DNA of 64,000 bases from an uncultured Planctomycetota bacterium. Lineage in GTDB: Bacteria > Planctomycetota > Planctomycetia > Isosphaerales > Isosphaeraceae. Location of the stretch: positions 1,248,001-1,312,000 of the forward strand of contig CAWGMQ010000010.1 of NCBI GenBank assembly GCA_963823665.1, in the 5' to 3' direction. This document shows, piece after piece, positions 1 through 10,642 of the stretch. The notes under the pieces were generated by a model, which saw only the letters and a list, made by a program, of their open reading frames with translations, had not been told where the DNA came from and made no database searches. The stretch's first letter is position 1. Each line of letters starts with the position of its first letter. The translations under genes were made by a program, and so were the position numbers.

Positions 1-774
1 CTGCGATAGGTCAGGCCACAACGCCACGACCGCCTTCACGTGGGCCTCGAGCATCAGCTCGTTCATATCGCTGAGCAGATCGTCAAACGGTTTGCCCATC
101 GGCCGAAGCGCGTGGCTGGCGGCGAAAACCTCAGCGACCCGCCGGTCTGCGGGGCCGTCCACAGGATTCCGCCCCAGCAACCGTAGCATCATCAGCCGAT
201 CGCCGGAGGACCAAAAACGTTTGCGAGCCCGTTCCAGCAGTTCCTCAAGAACCTCAAGGATCCAGTAGCACCCCATCGCGCTCGATTCCAGTTTGCGCAT
301 GAGTTCGTCGGGCTTGATCGCCGGCGCAGTTTCGCTACCCCATGACGGCCCCCCTGGTTTCTTGTTGTTATAGCGACGGGTGCCGAACAGCGCAACCGGC
401 ACGCCTCGCGAATCGGTGAACAGCAGGTCGCCCGTTTCGCGCACCTCTTTGATCTCGTCGTCCTCGGCGTTGTCGATCTGGCTTTGAGTGAGTTCCAGAT
501 AAGCGCCCCTCACCCGATCCATGTCCGACGCCAGGAACAGGTTGGCATTCAATAGAAACTCCTCGGGGTCACTCTCCACCCCATAATGCGCGGACCAGCG
601 AAAGTATCGCGCTTCATACGCGATGCTTTCCTCCCGCGCGAGCTTCTCCCGCTCCGATCGCATACCGTGCTTCCGACTATTGCGAGCGCTCTTCGCCCGG
701 GATTCCGGACTTTTAGGCCCGGTCGAGCGCAACGCATTGCGCCGATTCGCATTGATTTGTGCGTCAGAGGCCAT
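1..774 (-). CDS. Hypothetical protein of the 'AQIxANRxNAxxSTGP' family; 3' end runs off the window
   Basis: Manual translation from ATG 774 gives MASDAQINANRRNALRSTGPKSPESRAKSARNSRKHGMRS and stays open to base 1. It is absent from the ORF track because there is no stop in the window. Confidence 0.85.
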   Translation of the reverse strand, partial: MASDAQINANRRNALRSTGPKSPESRAKSARNSRKHGMRSEREKLAREESIAYEARYFRWSAHYGVESDPEEFLLNANLFLASDMDRVRGAYLELTQSQIDNAEDDEIKEVRETGDLLFTDSRGVPVALFGTRRYNNKKPGGPSWGSETAPAIKPDELMRKLESSAMGCYWILEVLEELLERARKRFWSSGDRLMMLRLLGRNPVDGPADRRVAEVFAASHALRPMGKPFDDLLSDMNELMLEAHVKAVVALWPDLSQ

Positions 775-1348
775 ATCAGTATAAATTCCTATTCAAATGA
801 GCTTGGAAGCCTGGCCCGAAGTCCCGCGACCTCGAGAATTTCATAAGTTGATGTGAACGGAACTAATCGGATCCAGAGACGTGGGTGCCCATCGCGCCGA
901 CACCAGTGTCGGCAATCGACTTTGAGCTACAGATATTATGCGACGGGTTTCCCAAATTTGGTCATTTCGTCGACCAGAAAACCTGGAATTTTTTTCACGT
1001 CGCAACGCATGCAACGACCAATTCGATCGAACCTGCGAATTTGCGCGCGACGCGGCCAGAAAACGGGAAAAAACACCCGGCGCGATTCCCGCATCCACGT
1101 CGCCCGTTCAGTCCGTGAGCCTCTTGTCTCGAGCGCAGCTCGGCGGAGCCTCGCACTTCCGAAATCGCGAAATGCCGATTCGCCGTTGGCATCGTGAGAC
1201 AGGAATGCTCGAGGCACTGCATTGTCCGTACCGGCTCCTTCTGCGATCATCCAGAGTTAATCTGTGCCCACCGATCGCGCGCGTCCAGTGCATTCGAGAT
1301 CGTTGCGCCAGGGCTCGTTGAAAACACGGATTGACCGAGGTCATCGTC

Positions 1349-2448
1349 ATGCAGCTTCGTCATGCCGCGATCGCGTGGTGCTCGCTCTTTCTCGTGGCTC
1401 TCTCCGGCAGCGCTCGAGCCCAGCGCCTGCCGCAGAATGTCGTCACCTCGCACCCGCAAGTCTTCGAGATCACCGTCAAAACCACGTTCGTCGTGCCGGC
1501 TGACACGACGAATTTGGAAGTGCTCCGAGTGTGGCACGCCCTGCCGACCCGCGCCCCTGGGACGGCGTTGATTCAAAGCTGGGCGTGTCGGCAATCACAT
1601 TGGAGCCGCGTCTCGGCCGCATCCAGCACGTCGAGGCCAATGATTCGGACAGCGTCGTCTGGGAGTTGAGCCAGGGCCTTGTGCCGGGTACGAAGCTCGA
1701 ATTCAGCAGCCGCTTTCGCGTGCGTTCCGTCGATCGAAGTCTCGACCTCGAAAAGGCGAACGCTAGTTCGTCAAGCTCACCGCAGACGAAACGAGCACGA
1801 GCCCGCTCTCCGGTTCGCAAGCCCGAGGGCTCCAGTAAGCCGGCCGCCAGGAAAACGGGCCCATCGCAAACCCGGCGCGAAGAACCTATCCCCGCAGACG
1901 ACGTGAGCCTCGAAGCAATCGTGCGCGACATCACGGGCCGCCACTCGCCTGCTGAGTCGGCGCTCGAGTTCTGCAAGTGGATTACCGCGAACATCAAGTA
2001 CGATGCCTCCGTTCCCTACGGTTCTGATGACCTTCCGGCGACGCTGAAGAACAAGAAAGGCCATTGCGGCCATCAATTGCACGTGTTTCAGACAATGTGC
2101 TCGCTCGCCGAAATCCCCTGTAAGACGGTGGTGGGTCTGAACCTGTACCGCCCCGACGGAATGGCCGCGCTCCACAAGATTCGCCCCGACTACGAGAACG
2201 CACACTCTTGGGCCGAGATCTTGCTTCCCGGCTCCGGCTGGGTCGAGATCGACCCCGGCCAAGGCGACAAAGCCTATTCCCTTCCAGCCCAGCTCATCCA
2301 GAACAACGCCGACTACCAGAACTACGTGGTCTGGATGAGAGTCGACGGCCAGTGGAAGATCGCCCAGTGGGAATACCGCGACGGTAAGTGGTTTTCCGCC
2401 TACGGAATCGAGAACGTCCGCACCTACAAAAAGCTCGAAGCGAACTAG
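1349..2448 (+). CDS. Secreted transglutaminase-like protein, frameshifted near 1555
   Basis: Signal peptide in ORF 1331..1669. ORF 1531..2448 carries GHCGHQ, AHSWAEI and GWVEIDP (Cys-His-Asp triad). Confidence 0.8.
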
Positions 2449-3357
2449 CGCCGCCTCGCAAGCATCTGCGCTTCGGCCCGCGAACATCCGCTCGTCCGCT
2501 GAGATCGAGAACCTTCGAAATTGCCCGTCGCCCCACAAACGCGCTCGACCTATCCCAGTGCGACCGCCCTATCGATGTCAATCGCGTCGTTCGCACGCGC
2601 CGCACCCAGCTTCTGAGGCATCCGCGTTCCGGCCGTCAAATCACCGCCGCCTCGAGCGAACGCAAAGCGTAATTAGCTGACGCGGCAGCCGCTACGAGTA
2701 CTCGTTGCCTCGATCCAACACGACCGTCCGACATCTGCCGAGTCGATCCCCACGATCGCGTGCCATGTCCCGTCTGCGTCCCGGCCTCGCTCTCATCTCC
2801 TACTTCGTTACCTTTGCTGCCTTCTGTTCAAATCTGGTATTTCCCTGACTATGCCAAGCCTGGCGAGCGTGTCAATTCCGACAAGAAGTGCATCTGATTG
2901 GTCGCAGCTTAGAACAACCTTCTATTCAAATCCGGTCTCTCGCCGGGCATGGCAAGCCCGGAAAGCCTGTCATTTCTGACGTGCGCGCGCTCCGCGAAGG
3001 GACTCCGTCCAACCCCATTGCCTCCACCGATTTCGCCCACTCGCCACACACAATAGAATGCAGAAAGAAACCGATGAGTGAGCAGCACGCGCAGCCATCG
3101 TTCCGGTCGCGTCGCGCAGTCGTCTGCAGCAACCGTCCGCTCATTCGGAAGCGGCAACGAATTGGTGAGAAAGGAACTCGCTGACGCAGCAGGCGTGTTG
3201 GGTGCTCGGCGGCTGCATCCGGAGGGCCGGCAATTGCCCAAACGACCCGCCTCCTGCGTGCCGTTCTCGTTTCTTCGACAACTGTCGTTGACCAACCCGC
3301 CTCCAGAAAATACCCTGGAGCAAGAAATCAAGCACATCAGCCAGCGGAGCAGCGCAA

Positions 3358-4650
3358 ATGACGCCAATCGCCCTGTTGCGCCGCAGCTTTCCGACTCCAG
3401 GATTGGTCATCCGGTGGATTGGCAAGAGCCGTCGGCGAATCGCCTCCCTGCTCCTCACGCTCCTGGCGATCATAGCCGCCCCTCCGCTCTGGTGGTCGGC
3501 GCAACTGATCGCCCTCCCCGACATCGGCGACCCGTTCGACATCACTTCATTCCCCCCGTCCACGATCCCGGCTGACCGAAACGCCTTCATGCTCTACCGC
3601 GAGGCCGACAGGCTGCTCAAGCCCCTTCAAGAGTACCTCAAGACACCGCGGACCAGCGTCGAGCTCTTCGCTCGCTGGCCGAAGGCCGACGCCGATCTCC
3701 GCCGGCTGCTCACGGAGAACCGCAAGGCCCTCGCCGTCTACCGCCAGGCCACCGAGCGGCCCGATGCCATCGATCCCGCCGTCAGATCTCTTCACGACGG
3801 CGACGAACCGCTTCCATCCGGTCTGTCCTTCCGCCTCATGGTCCTGCTCGAGGCCTCGCGGCTGGAAGACGTCCAGGGCGACATGGCCGGCGCATGGGGC
3901 TGGTACCGCGCCATGGTCCGGACCATTCACCACGTTGGTATGCGCGCTTCGGTCCAGCGGCGCATCAGTATCCAGCGCTGGTACGGACAGCTCCGCAATC
4001 GCCTGGCGACATGGGCCGCCGATCCGAGGACGACGCCCGCGCTCCTCCGCCAGGCTCTCGCCGACGTGGTCGCGTGTGACGAGCTGGTTCCCTCAGAACA
4101 AGATTCGCTCAAGGCCAGCTATTTAGACGTGTCCTCGCTACTCGACAGCCCGCAGAACCCAGGTCGCAACGTGCCATTCAAGAAGTTCCGCCAGTTCCGC
4201 AAACCGAACGGCCCGCTCACCCGGGAGGAAATCCAGAAGCTCTGGGATGCCTGGCGATTCGCGCGCCGCGAGCCCGAGCGCAGCCAGCGTGTGATCCGCA
4301 TGTTGACCGCCAACTGGCTGGCGTATCTCGACCTGCCGTCCCAAAATCGCCCGAAACCCGATCCGAAGGTCGCGCAGTTGGATATTTATCCCCTCGGTCC
4401 CCAATCACCGGCCAGCGCACGTACCCTGTCCCCCGAAGCTCTGGAACGCTGGTTTGAAAGCGCCCACGACGCCCAGAAAGTCCTCCCTTACCTCAATCAA
4501 ACCGCAGTCAAGAACCTCGAGCTCAGAAACCACGCCGAGATCCTGTTGCTCCTGGCAACCGAGCTCTACCGCCGCGATCACCAAGGAACCAACCCTCCCA
4601 CACTCGAAGCCTTGGTCGGCCCCTACCTCGAGCGTCTGCCCGACGAATAA
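3358..4650 (+). CDS. Membrane-anchored hypothetical protein (LPDIGDPFD family), paralog 1
   Basis: 430-aa ORF with an N-terminal TM segment; clearly homologous to 5121..6412. Confidence 0.85.
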   Translation: MTPIALLRRSFPTPGLVIRWIGKSRRRIASLLLTLLAIIAAPPLWWSAQLIALPDIGDPFDITSFPPSTIPADRNAFMLYREADRLLKPLQEYLKTPRTSVELFARWPKADADLRRLLTENRKALAVYRQATERPDAIDPAVRSLHDGDEPLPSGLSFRLMVLLEASRLEDVQGDMAGAWGWYRAMVRTIHHVGMRASVQRRISIQRWYGQLRNRLATWAADPRTTPALLRQALADVVACDELVPSEQDSLKASYLDVSSLLDSPQNPGRNVPFKKFRQFRKPNGPLTREEIQKLWDAWRFARREPERSQRVIRMLTANWLAYLDLPSQNRPKPDPKVAQLDIYPLGPQSPASARTLSPEALERWFESAHDAQKVLPYLNQTAVKNLELRNHAEILLLLATELYRRDHQGTNPPTLEALVGPYLERLPDE

Positions 4651-4767
4651 AACGTTCGCTCCAATTAGGCTAGAATTGCCTCCTGTTTCCCTACGGACGT
4701 TTTGAACTCTGAACCGCCCGAAAGAACCAGTGACCTGCATCTGGTCCAGGATTGACCAAGGACGACC

Positions 4768-5017
4768 GTGACGACATCCCAATCGTCCTGCTGGACCATG
4801 ATCCGCGCCGCCGCGGCCGGTAGCCCAGCCGAGCGTGAGGGCTCGTTACGACAACGGGGAGTTCACGAACTAGCGTGGCAGCGTGCCCCACTTGAGGAAG
4901 CCCATAAACTTTCGGCGAAGCAACCGAAGGCTTTCACCCAACTGTGGGCCGATGTGGCATAAGGAGTTGGAAGCGATCAAGGCGGTGCTGAACAACGCGG
5001 CGGAGAAGCCCCAATAG
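4768..5017 (+). pseudogene. Relic joining an ECF sigma factor N-terminus to the C-terminal tail of a Ser/Thr kinase-TPR protein
   Basis: Starts MTTSQSSCWTMIRAAAAGSPAERE and ends KAFTQLWADVA, then a 22-nt interruption, then AVLNNAAEKPQ*. Confidence 0.5.
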
Positions 5018-5120
5018 CCCCGGTCAGCCGTCGCGCGCGTTCCATCGTCGTTGACCAACCCGCCTCCCGAACATACGCTGGAGCAAGAAATCAAGCTCAT
5101 CGGCCGGGGGAGCAACGGAG

Positions 5121-6412
5121 ATGACGCGCCTCGCCCTGTTGCACCGCAGTTTTCCGACACCGGGATTGTTCATCCAATGGATTGGCAAAAGCCGTCGACG
5201 GATCACCTGCGTTCTCCTCGCGCTCCTGACGATCGTGGCCGGCCCTCCACTCTGGTGGGAAACGCAACTGCTCGGCCTGCCCGACATCGGCGATCCGTTC
5301 GACATTGCCTCATTCCGGTCGTCCACCGTCCCCGACGACCGCAACGCGTTCGTGCTCTACCGCCAGGCCGCCGCGGCGCTCAAGCCTGACGCGGAGTTCC
5401 AGAAAACACCGCGGACCAGCGTCGAGCGATTCGCTCGCTGGTCCAAGGCTGACGAAAATCTCCGCCGGCTGCTCACGGAGAACCGCGACGCACTGGCCAT
5501 CTACCGCCAGGGAAGCGAGCGCCCGATGGGTTCGACCCTCCACCCATCGTATCTTCTCGCGACAGCGACGCAACGCTTCCATCTGGCCTGTCGTTCCGCC
5601 TGATGGTTCTGCTCGAAGCATCGCGGCTGGAAGATCAGGGCGACATGGCCGGCGCGTGGGGCTGGTACCGCGCGATGGTTCGAACCATCCATCACGTCGG
5701 CATGCGCGGCTCGGTCCAGCGGCGGTTCAGCATCCAGCTCTGGTACGGACAGCTCCACGATCGCCTGGCGACGTGGTCCGCCAACCCGAACACGTCGCCC
5801 GCGCTGCTCCGCCAGGCTCTCGCCGATATCGTCGCGTGCAAGGCAATGACTCCCTCGGAGCAGGATTCGCTCAAGTCAAGTTACTTGGATGTGAATCGGT
5901 TGTTCGACAGCCCCAAAAACCCGGCCGGCACGGTTCCTAGCACGAAGTTCCGCCAGTCGTGGAATCCGAACAACAAGCTCACCCGAGAAGAAGTCCAGAA
6001 ACTCTGGGATGTCTGGCGAATATGGCGCCGCGAGCCCGAGCGCAGCCGGCGGGTGATCCGCCTGCTGGCCGCCAACTGGCTGGCGTATCTCGACCTGCCG
6101 CCCCACAATCGCCCGAAACCCGATCCGAGCGTCGCCGCGGTTGATATCTATCCCCTCGGTCTAGAGTCGCCGCCAAACGCATGTGCTCTGTCCCCCGAAC
6201 TGCTGGAAAGCTGGTTTGAAAGCGCCCACGACGCGCAGGAACTCCTCCGCTACCTCAAACCAAACGCAGTCCAGAACCTCGAGCGCGCACACCACGGCGA
6301 GATCCTGCTGCTCCTGGCGACAGAGCTCTATCGCCGCGATCACAACGGAGCCAACCCTCCAACATCCGAAGCATTGGTCGGCCTCTACCTCGAGCGCCTG
6401 CCCGCCGAATAA
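5121..6412 (+). CDS. Membrane-anchored hypothetical protein, paralog 2, with a 1-nt deletion near 5521
   Basis: ORFs 5121..5603 and 5603..6412 together align end to end with 3358..4650 (gagcggcccgat versus gagcgcccgat). Confidence 0.85.
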
Positions 6413-6590
6413 AACCTTCCCTCCAGAAGAGGGTGGAGGGTGCCACTCGCCAGTGATCCGATCGACACGCCCGCAAGCAAGCGGAAGCCGCCGCGCACCT
6501 TTCCCCCAAAGCCGGATGTGCGAGGCTCCCGCCGAGCCGCGAAAGCGTCGCATTCCCACCGCGCACATCCCCGCACCCGTCCAATCTTTC

Positions 6591-7100
6591 TCACCTCAAA
6601 ATCCCATTCCCAACAAGCGTCGCGCGCAGCCGCACAACCTTGGCCCGGCACACCTCGGCCGATTCCTCGGCACGATAGTCCTCCACCTCCTCGCGAAGCT
6701 CTGGAAACGCTGTCCCGAACGCCCCGAGTGCATCCAGCCTGGTCCGATGCGCCTCCGCACCCATGAGATCGAGAAGAATCGGCATGACCGGCCGAAGATC
6801 ATCACCCCGGTTCTTCATGATCCCGGCAGCCATCGGGTAGCACCCGGTTCGTCCAAATCCCGGGTTCCTGACAAACAGGCCCTGCAACTCTTCAGTCGAT
6901 CGCGAGCTCAGCGACTTGTACTGCCACGAAACCCATAGCACCAGGGGCAGGTTCACCGCCCATCGTCCGACAAACAATCCCACAAGGGCACCCAGCGGCA
7001 ACCCGAGCGCCCCCAGCTTCACCGCGCCCAAAATGGCAAACCCGCTCACACCCGCAGCAATCGACAGCCGTTCCAGCCACGGGAACCACGGAATGATCAT
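6591..7100 (-). CDS. Hypothetical membrane protein
   Basis: Two hydrophobic N-terminal segments followed by a helical soluble region. Confidence 0.6.
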   Translation of the reverse strand: MIIPWFPWLERLSIAAGVSGFAILGAVKLGALGLPLGALVGLFVGRWAVNLPLVLWVSWQYKSLSSRSTEELQGLFVRNPGFGRTGCYPMAAGIMKNRGDDLRPVMPILLDLMGAEAHRTRLDALGAFGTAFPELREEVEDYRAEESAEVCRAKVVRLRATLVGNGILR

Positions 7101-7261
7101 GCTTTCGCACCAGAACAATGGCCAGGCGTCTAAGAACTGTAGAAGATGGAAAGCTTAAACTAACGCGCGGCACGCAATCCTGGGAGGGCGAACCTTCCGG
7201 TGAGCCTCTTTCCATTCGACGACGAACCGCAGCACAGCCTTTGCCCTTCTTCGCTCAAAGC

Positions 7262-8247
7262 TCATCGATCCGATCGCGCAGCTTTCGGCAGCTTCGTCTT
7301 GATATACCTGACCACCCGCTCCTGGTAATCCATGGGCACCAACCGCAAGCTCAAGCTCATCAGCTTCTTGCCGAGATCATTCCTGAAAACAGGCATAATG
7401 AGGTATATCCTGCCGGAAGCGTCACGGCGTGTGACGATGTCGCACGAAGCAATCTCCGTCCACGGAACCAGTTTTCGGAACAACGCCAACCGTGCCGGAT
7501 AACCGTAAACGCCTTCGTGATCGATGCGCACCTGGCAACCATCCCAGGCGAGCACGAACTGGATTCCCAGGCCGCCGAACAGAACAAGGCTCACGATCGC
7601 GATAACGCTCGTCACAAAATCCGGCGTGTGGAGGCAGACAAGAAGCACGGTCGGCAGCAGACAGATTAGTGCAGAAAGGCACACGTTGACGATCACGGTC
7701 GGTCGATTGAACGCATACTCGACAGCCAGAAAGGGCGCGACGAATCGTTCCCGGTCCGCGACCATCCGATCCCAGGTCTCGATCGAGTTTCGGCTCAGAG
7801 ACAAGCCGCGCGCCCGGCAAAGCCGGTCGGCTGCGAAAAAGGCAAAGAGGTAGCTCACGAGCGCCACCCAGAACACCAGTGCGCTGAAATCCGAGCTCGG
7901 CGCTCGAGCGTGCGGCAAATGATCGCCGATCCGACCATCCCCGAGACGGTCAAAAGGCACGTGATCACGCCGGTCGCGAACAGAAAGTCCCGCCGCGAAG
8001 CGCTGCGTGCACGTTGCGATACATCGCGTGAGCGAATGAAGCGATCGGCTGCGAGAAGCGGCACGAGCGAATTGGCGAGCGCCAGGTCCAAGACGAATTT
8101 GGAATCACCACCGACCTCCAAGCCAAGCTCGAGCGAGACAACCGCCCAGAGGAAAAGCTCGCTGACCGTGACGCAGGTCGCCATCACGACGGCCACAGGA
8201 TAGGTTCCTGTCTTCGCCCGCGGCGCCACCGGTTCCCGCTTATCCAC
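7262..8247 (-). CDS. Multi-pass membrane protein with a possible C-terminal bacterial PH-like domain, frameshifted near 7900
   Basis: ORFs 7855..8265 and 7262..7960. GGAGGAG precedes GTG 8247. The tail VRIDHEGV...VPWTEI resembles bPH domains. Confidence 0.55.
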
Positions 8248-8451
8248 GACCCGGCTCCTCCGCACAAGTTCACATCGCTGACTCCGTCGTCGCGGAGAGA
8301 TCCTCCCACGGCGTTGAGCACTAAACGAGGAAATCGACTGGGAAGTTTGTGACAGTCAGCCTGGTCACCACAAGGTCCCCCCAAGCTCCCGCTTATCAAG
8401 CCGCCCAGCCGAGCCGGCTCCGGTTCGATAAGAACCCCGACAACTTGAAAC

Positions 8452-9306
8452 CTACACGGAGGCAACCCCCGGCTGTACCATTCGCAGATCCAGTATATGG
8501 CACAGATACTGGCTCTCTTTGTAATTCGTGGTGGCGAAGTCTTTGATCCCTGACGCGAGGCACTCGAGGTGAATCCAGATGTCGGCGATATTCAAGCAGT
8601 GATCGTAATCATACAGGCGGTCCGGATCCGCCATCGCATGACGTAACTCGGCGATGGCCTTGAGCAACTCCTGGCTCAGATTGGTGCCTCGTTCTTGCAG
8701 AAGTACAAGCTGCTCGTAGCTCGTCTTGATCGCTGGCAGCCTTGACCGGAAGAAATTCGCGTTGTTACATTCGATTTTCCTGCAACGGCTTTCGGGGATT
8801 TCCACCTGTACTTTTCCGCTTTTCGCTAACGTTGGTCCTTCTCGTGCACGGGCACACTCCAACCCGTCGACCACTGAATCAACGCTTTTATCGAAGCGAG
8901 CCCATAAATAAAACATATTTAACCTTACGTAGGACTCGCATTTCAATGCAAGTCTCTCGTCCCAGCGACCGCCCGCCTCGACGTCGACCAAGTCGGTAAT
9001 CTGAAAGCCGAGCCAGGACAGAACGCTAATCAGTGTGGACGCTCGGCGCGAATACTGACTCTGACTTACCGCTCTCTTCATCGCGAGCAGGAACGATTTC
9101 TCCTCGACTAGATACCTGAGACACAACGCCAGATTTTGGAGAACCACTCTCTTGTATTCCAGACGAGAAAACGAAGCTGTTATACACGAATCATGATGCG
9201 AAATAATCTCCTCTATCGCCTGCCTTTTTTGCGGATTACGCTCTTCCAGCAGGCGGTCGACTTGGATGGTTGTGTCTAGAAACAGCGGGAGAGCCTTCGT
9301 ATTCAC
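8452..9306 (-). CDS. PIN-domain-like protein with a large Cys-containing insertion
   Basis: LFLDTT, LEYKR, IADIWIHLEC and FATTNYKE match the spacing of PIN acidic motifs. ATGA overlap with the upstream gene. Confidence 0.65.
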   Translation of the reverse strand: MNTKALPLFLDTTIQVDRLLEERNPQKRQAIEEIISHHDSCITASFSRLEYKRVVLQNLALCLRYLVEEKSFLLAMKRAVSQSQYSRRASTLISVLSWLGFQITDLVDVEAGGRWDERLALKCESYVRLNMFYLWARFDKSVDSVVDGLECARAREGPTLAKSGKVQVEIPESRCRKIECNNANFFRSRLPAIKTSYEQLVLLQERGTNLSQELLKAIAELRHAMADPDRLYDYDHCLNIADIWIHLECLASGIKDFATTNYKESQYLCHILDLRMVQPGVASV

Positions 9307-9917
9307 TCGAGCTCCTCAATGGTGATCCGCATTCGCCTTGGTATCGCATTTCTTATCGGACCGGTTACGTCAATTCCAAGCTCAGCAAATCTGCGGATAT
9401 GGTCATGAACTGCCTCGTAGTCCAACAACCAGGAGGTCAAGTCATTTAGCGCGTTACAAAGCGCGTCCCTTTGCTCGCTGCCAAAGTCCTTTATGTCTGA
9501 GCACTTGGTCGCGGCATCGAGCATCCCTAGGAGATCTCGAAACGGCACGTCCCGATACTTGGCATAGTCCCAAAGCTCATCCAGAGAAGATGTCATCGCC
9601 ATGAAGCTGCATTCCCCTCGATCAGGATCGAGCGTCCGACATGCGTCTCGAAAAGCATCGCGGGCCTTCCGAGCCACGCCCTGCGCGGCGTCACGAAGCG
9701 CCGCATCGTCAGTGCTGTGATGCGGCCGTTCTGTTTCGCGGTCGACCTGAGGATCGGATTCCTTGATGTAGACCTTGGCATCGGAATAAATCCCTCGGCC
9801 GTCGCCAGCCCTATCTGATCGGGCGGCCGGATCACTCGCCCCTTCGAATAAGCGTGGGAAGTCCCGCGAGGTGCTTCCGCTTACTTCCGCGTTGTCGGCT
9901 GTTGCAGGCGTAGCCAT
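9303..9917 (-). CDS. Hypothetical acidic protein, middle gene of a three-gene operon
   Basis: 204-aa ORF overlapping both neighbours. Confidence 0.75.
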   Translation of the reverse strand: MATPATADNAEVSGSTSRDFPRLFEGASDPAARSDRAGDGRGIYSDAKVYIKESDPQVDRETERPHHSTDDAALRDAAQGVARKARDAFRDACRTLDPDRGECSFMAMTSSLDELWDYAKYRDVPFRDLLGMLDAATKCSDIKDFGSEQRDALCNALNDLTSWLLDYEAVHDHIRRFAELGIDVTGPIRNAIPRRMRITIEELE

Positions 9918-10642
9918 TCGAATAACTCCATCGCAATTACACCAGCACGTAGATAGCTTTTCTGGATAAACAAGCTCGACCGTTCAAGGTGACCGCGCTC
10001 TGGACGAGTGAACGTGTCAATATCGACCACGACAGAACCCGTACGCAATTCACCGTCCAGCCCAGTATATGGGTCGTCTCCTGGTTTTTGGGACGTTTGA
10101 CTTACGATCTCGATGCGCCTTCTGTGGCCAGATTCTTGGTCAGCCAGAACGAATGCCACAGCCGCATCCCGCAGCTCTGATCGGGTGCTCTCCTTGAGCT
10201 TTTCCAGGAGGGGCGAATCCATACCTCGACAGATGAAACGGTCCGCTTCTTCTAGTGTATCCGCCGGCACAACAAATCGAAATCGGGCACCGACGCGAGT
10301 CGTTTCGGTCACCCTGAGGGCCCGAGTCACGATTTCGTAAATCGCCTCCGCCTCCTTCGCATACGCTTCAACCTTCGGTTCGACGCCGTGGACGTCAATC
10401 GGAGGCTTGAGAAGATTCACGGACATGCTGAAACTACTTAAATTCAAAGCCATATTCAGGTCATCATTTCTCAATTGACCACCGACGACATTCACGGAAG
10501 TCACCGCCCAGCACGGGTTACGGCTGCGAATCCGAACTATTGTTTCCCCGCAATGATCGAGGTAGCGGTAACCGTCCCTGAACCTGGTTTCGAAGGCCAG
10601 AGTCTCGATCTTCATTCTCTCGACGTGCGAGTGGACGGCCAT
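9881..10642 (-). CDS. TIGR04255-like protein
   Basis: 253 aa with FETRF..GYRYLD, TRVGARFRF and VVVDIDTF, the pattern I associate with TIGR04255. Confidence 0.6.
   Translation of the reverse strand: MAVHSHVERMKIETLAFETRFRDGYRYLDHCGETIVRIRSRNPCWAVTSVNVVGGQLRNDDLNMALNLSSFSMSVNLLKPPIDVHGVEPKVEAYAKEAEAIYEIVTRALRVTETTRVGARFRFVVPADTLEEADRFICRGMDSPLLEKLKESTRSELRDAAVAFVLADQESGHRRRIEIVSQTSQKPGDDPYTGLDGELRTGSVVVDIDTFTRPERGHLERSSLFIQKSYLRAGVIAMELFEWLRLQQPTTRK

Noticed and set aside
1540..1570. Programmed ribosomal frameshifting at the split genes
   Set aside because: No slippery heptamers at the breaks I inspected, and the breaks occur across unrelated gene families.
2450..3290. ncRNA or riboswitch in the long intergenic regions (also 10650-11530 and 41800-42700)
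   Set aside because: No recognisable conserved motif by eye; an Rfam/Infernal scan would be needed.
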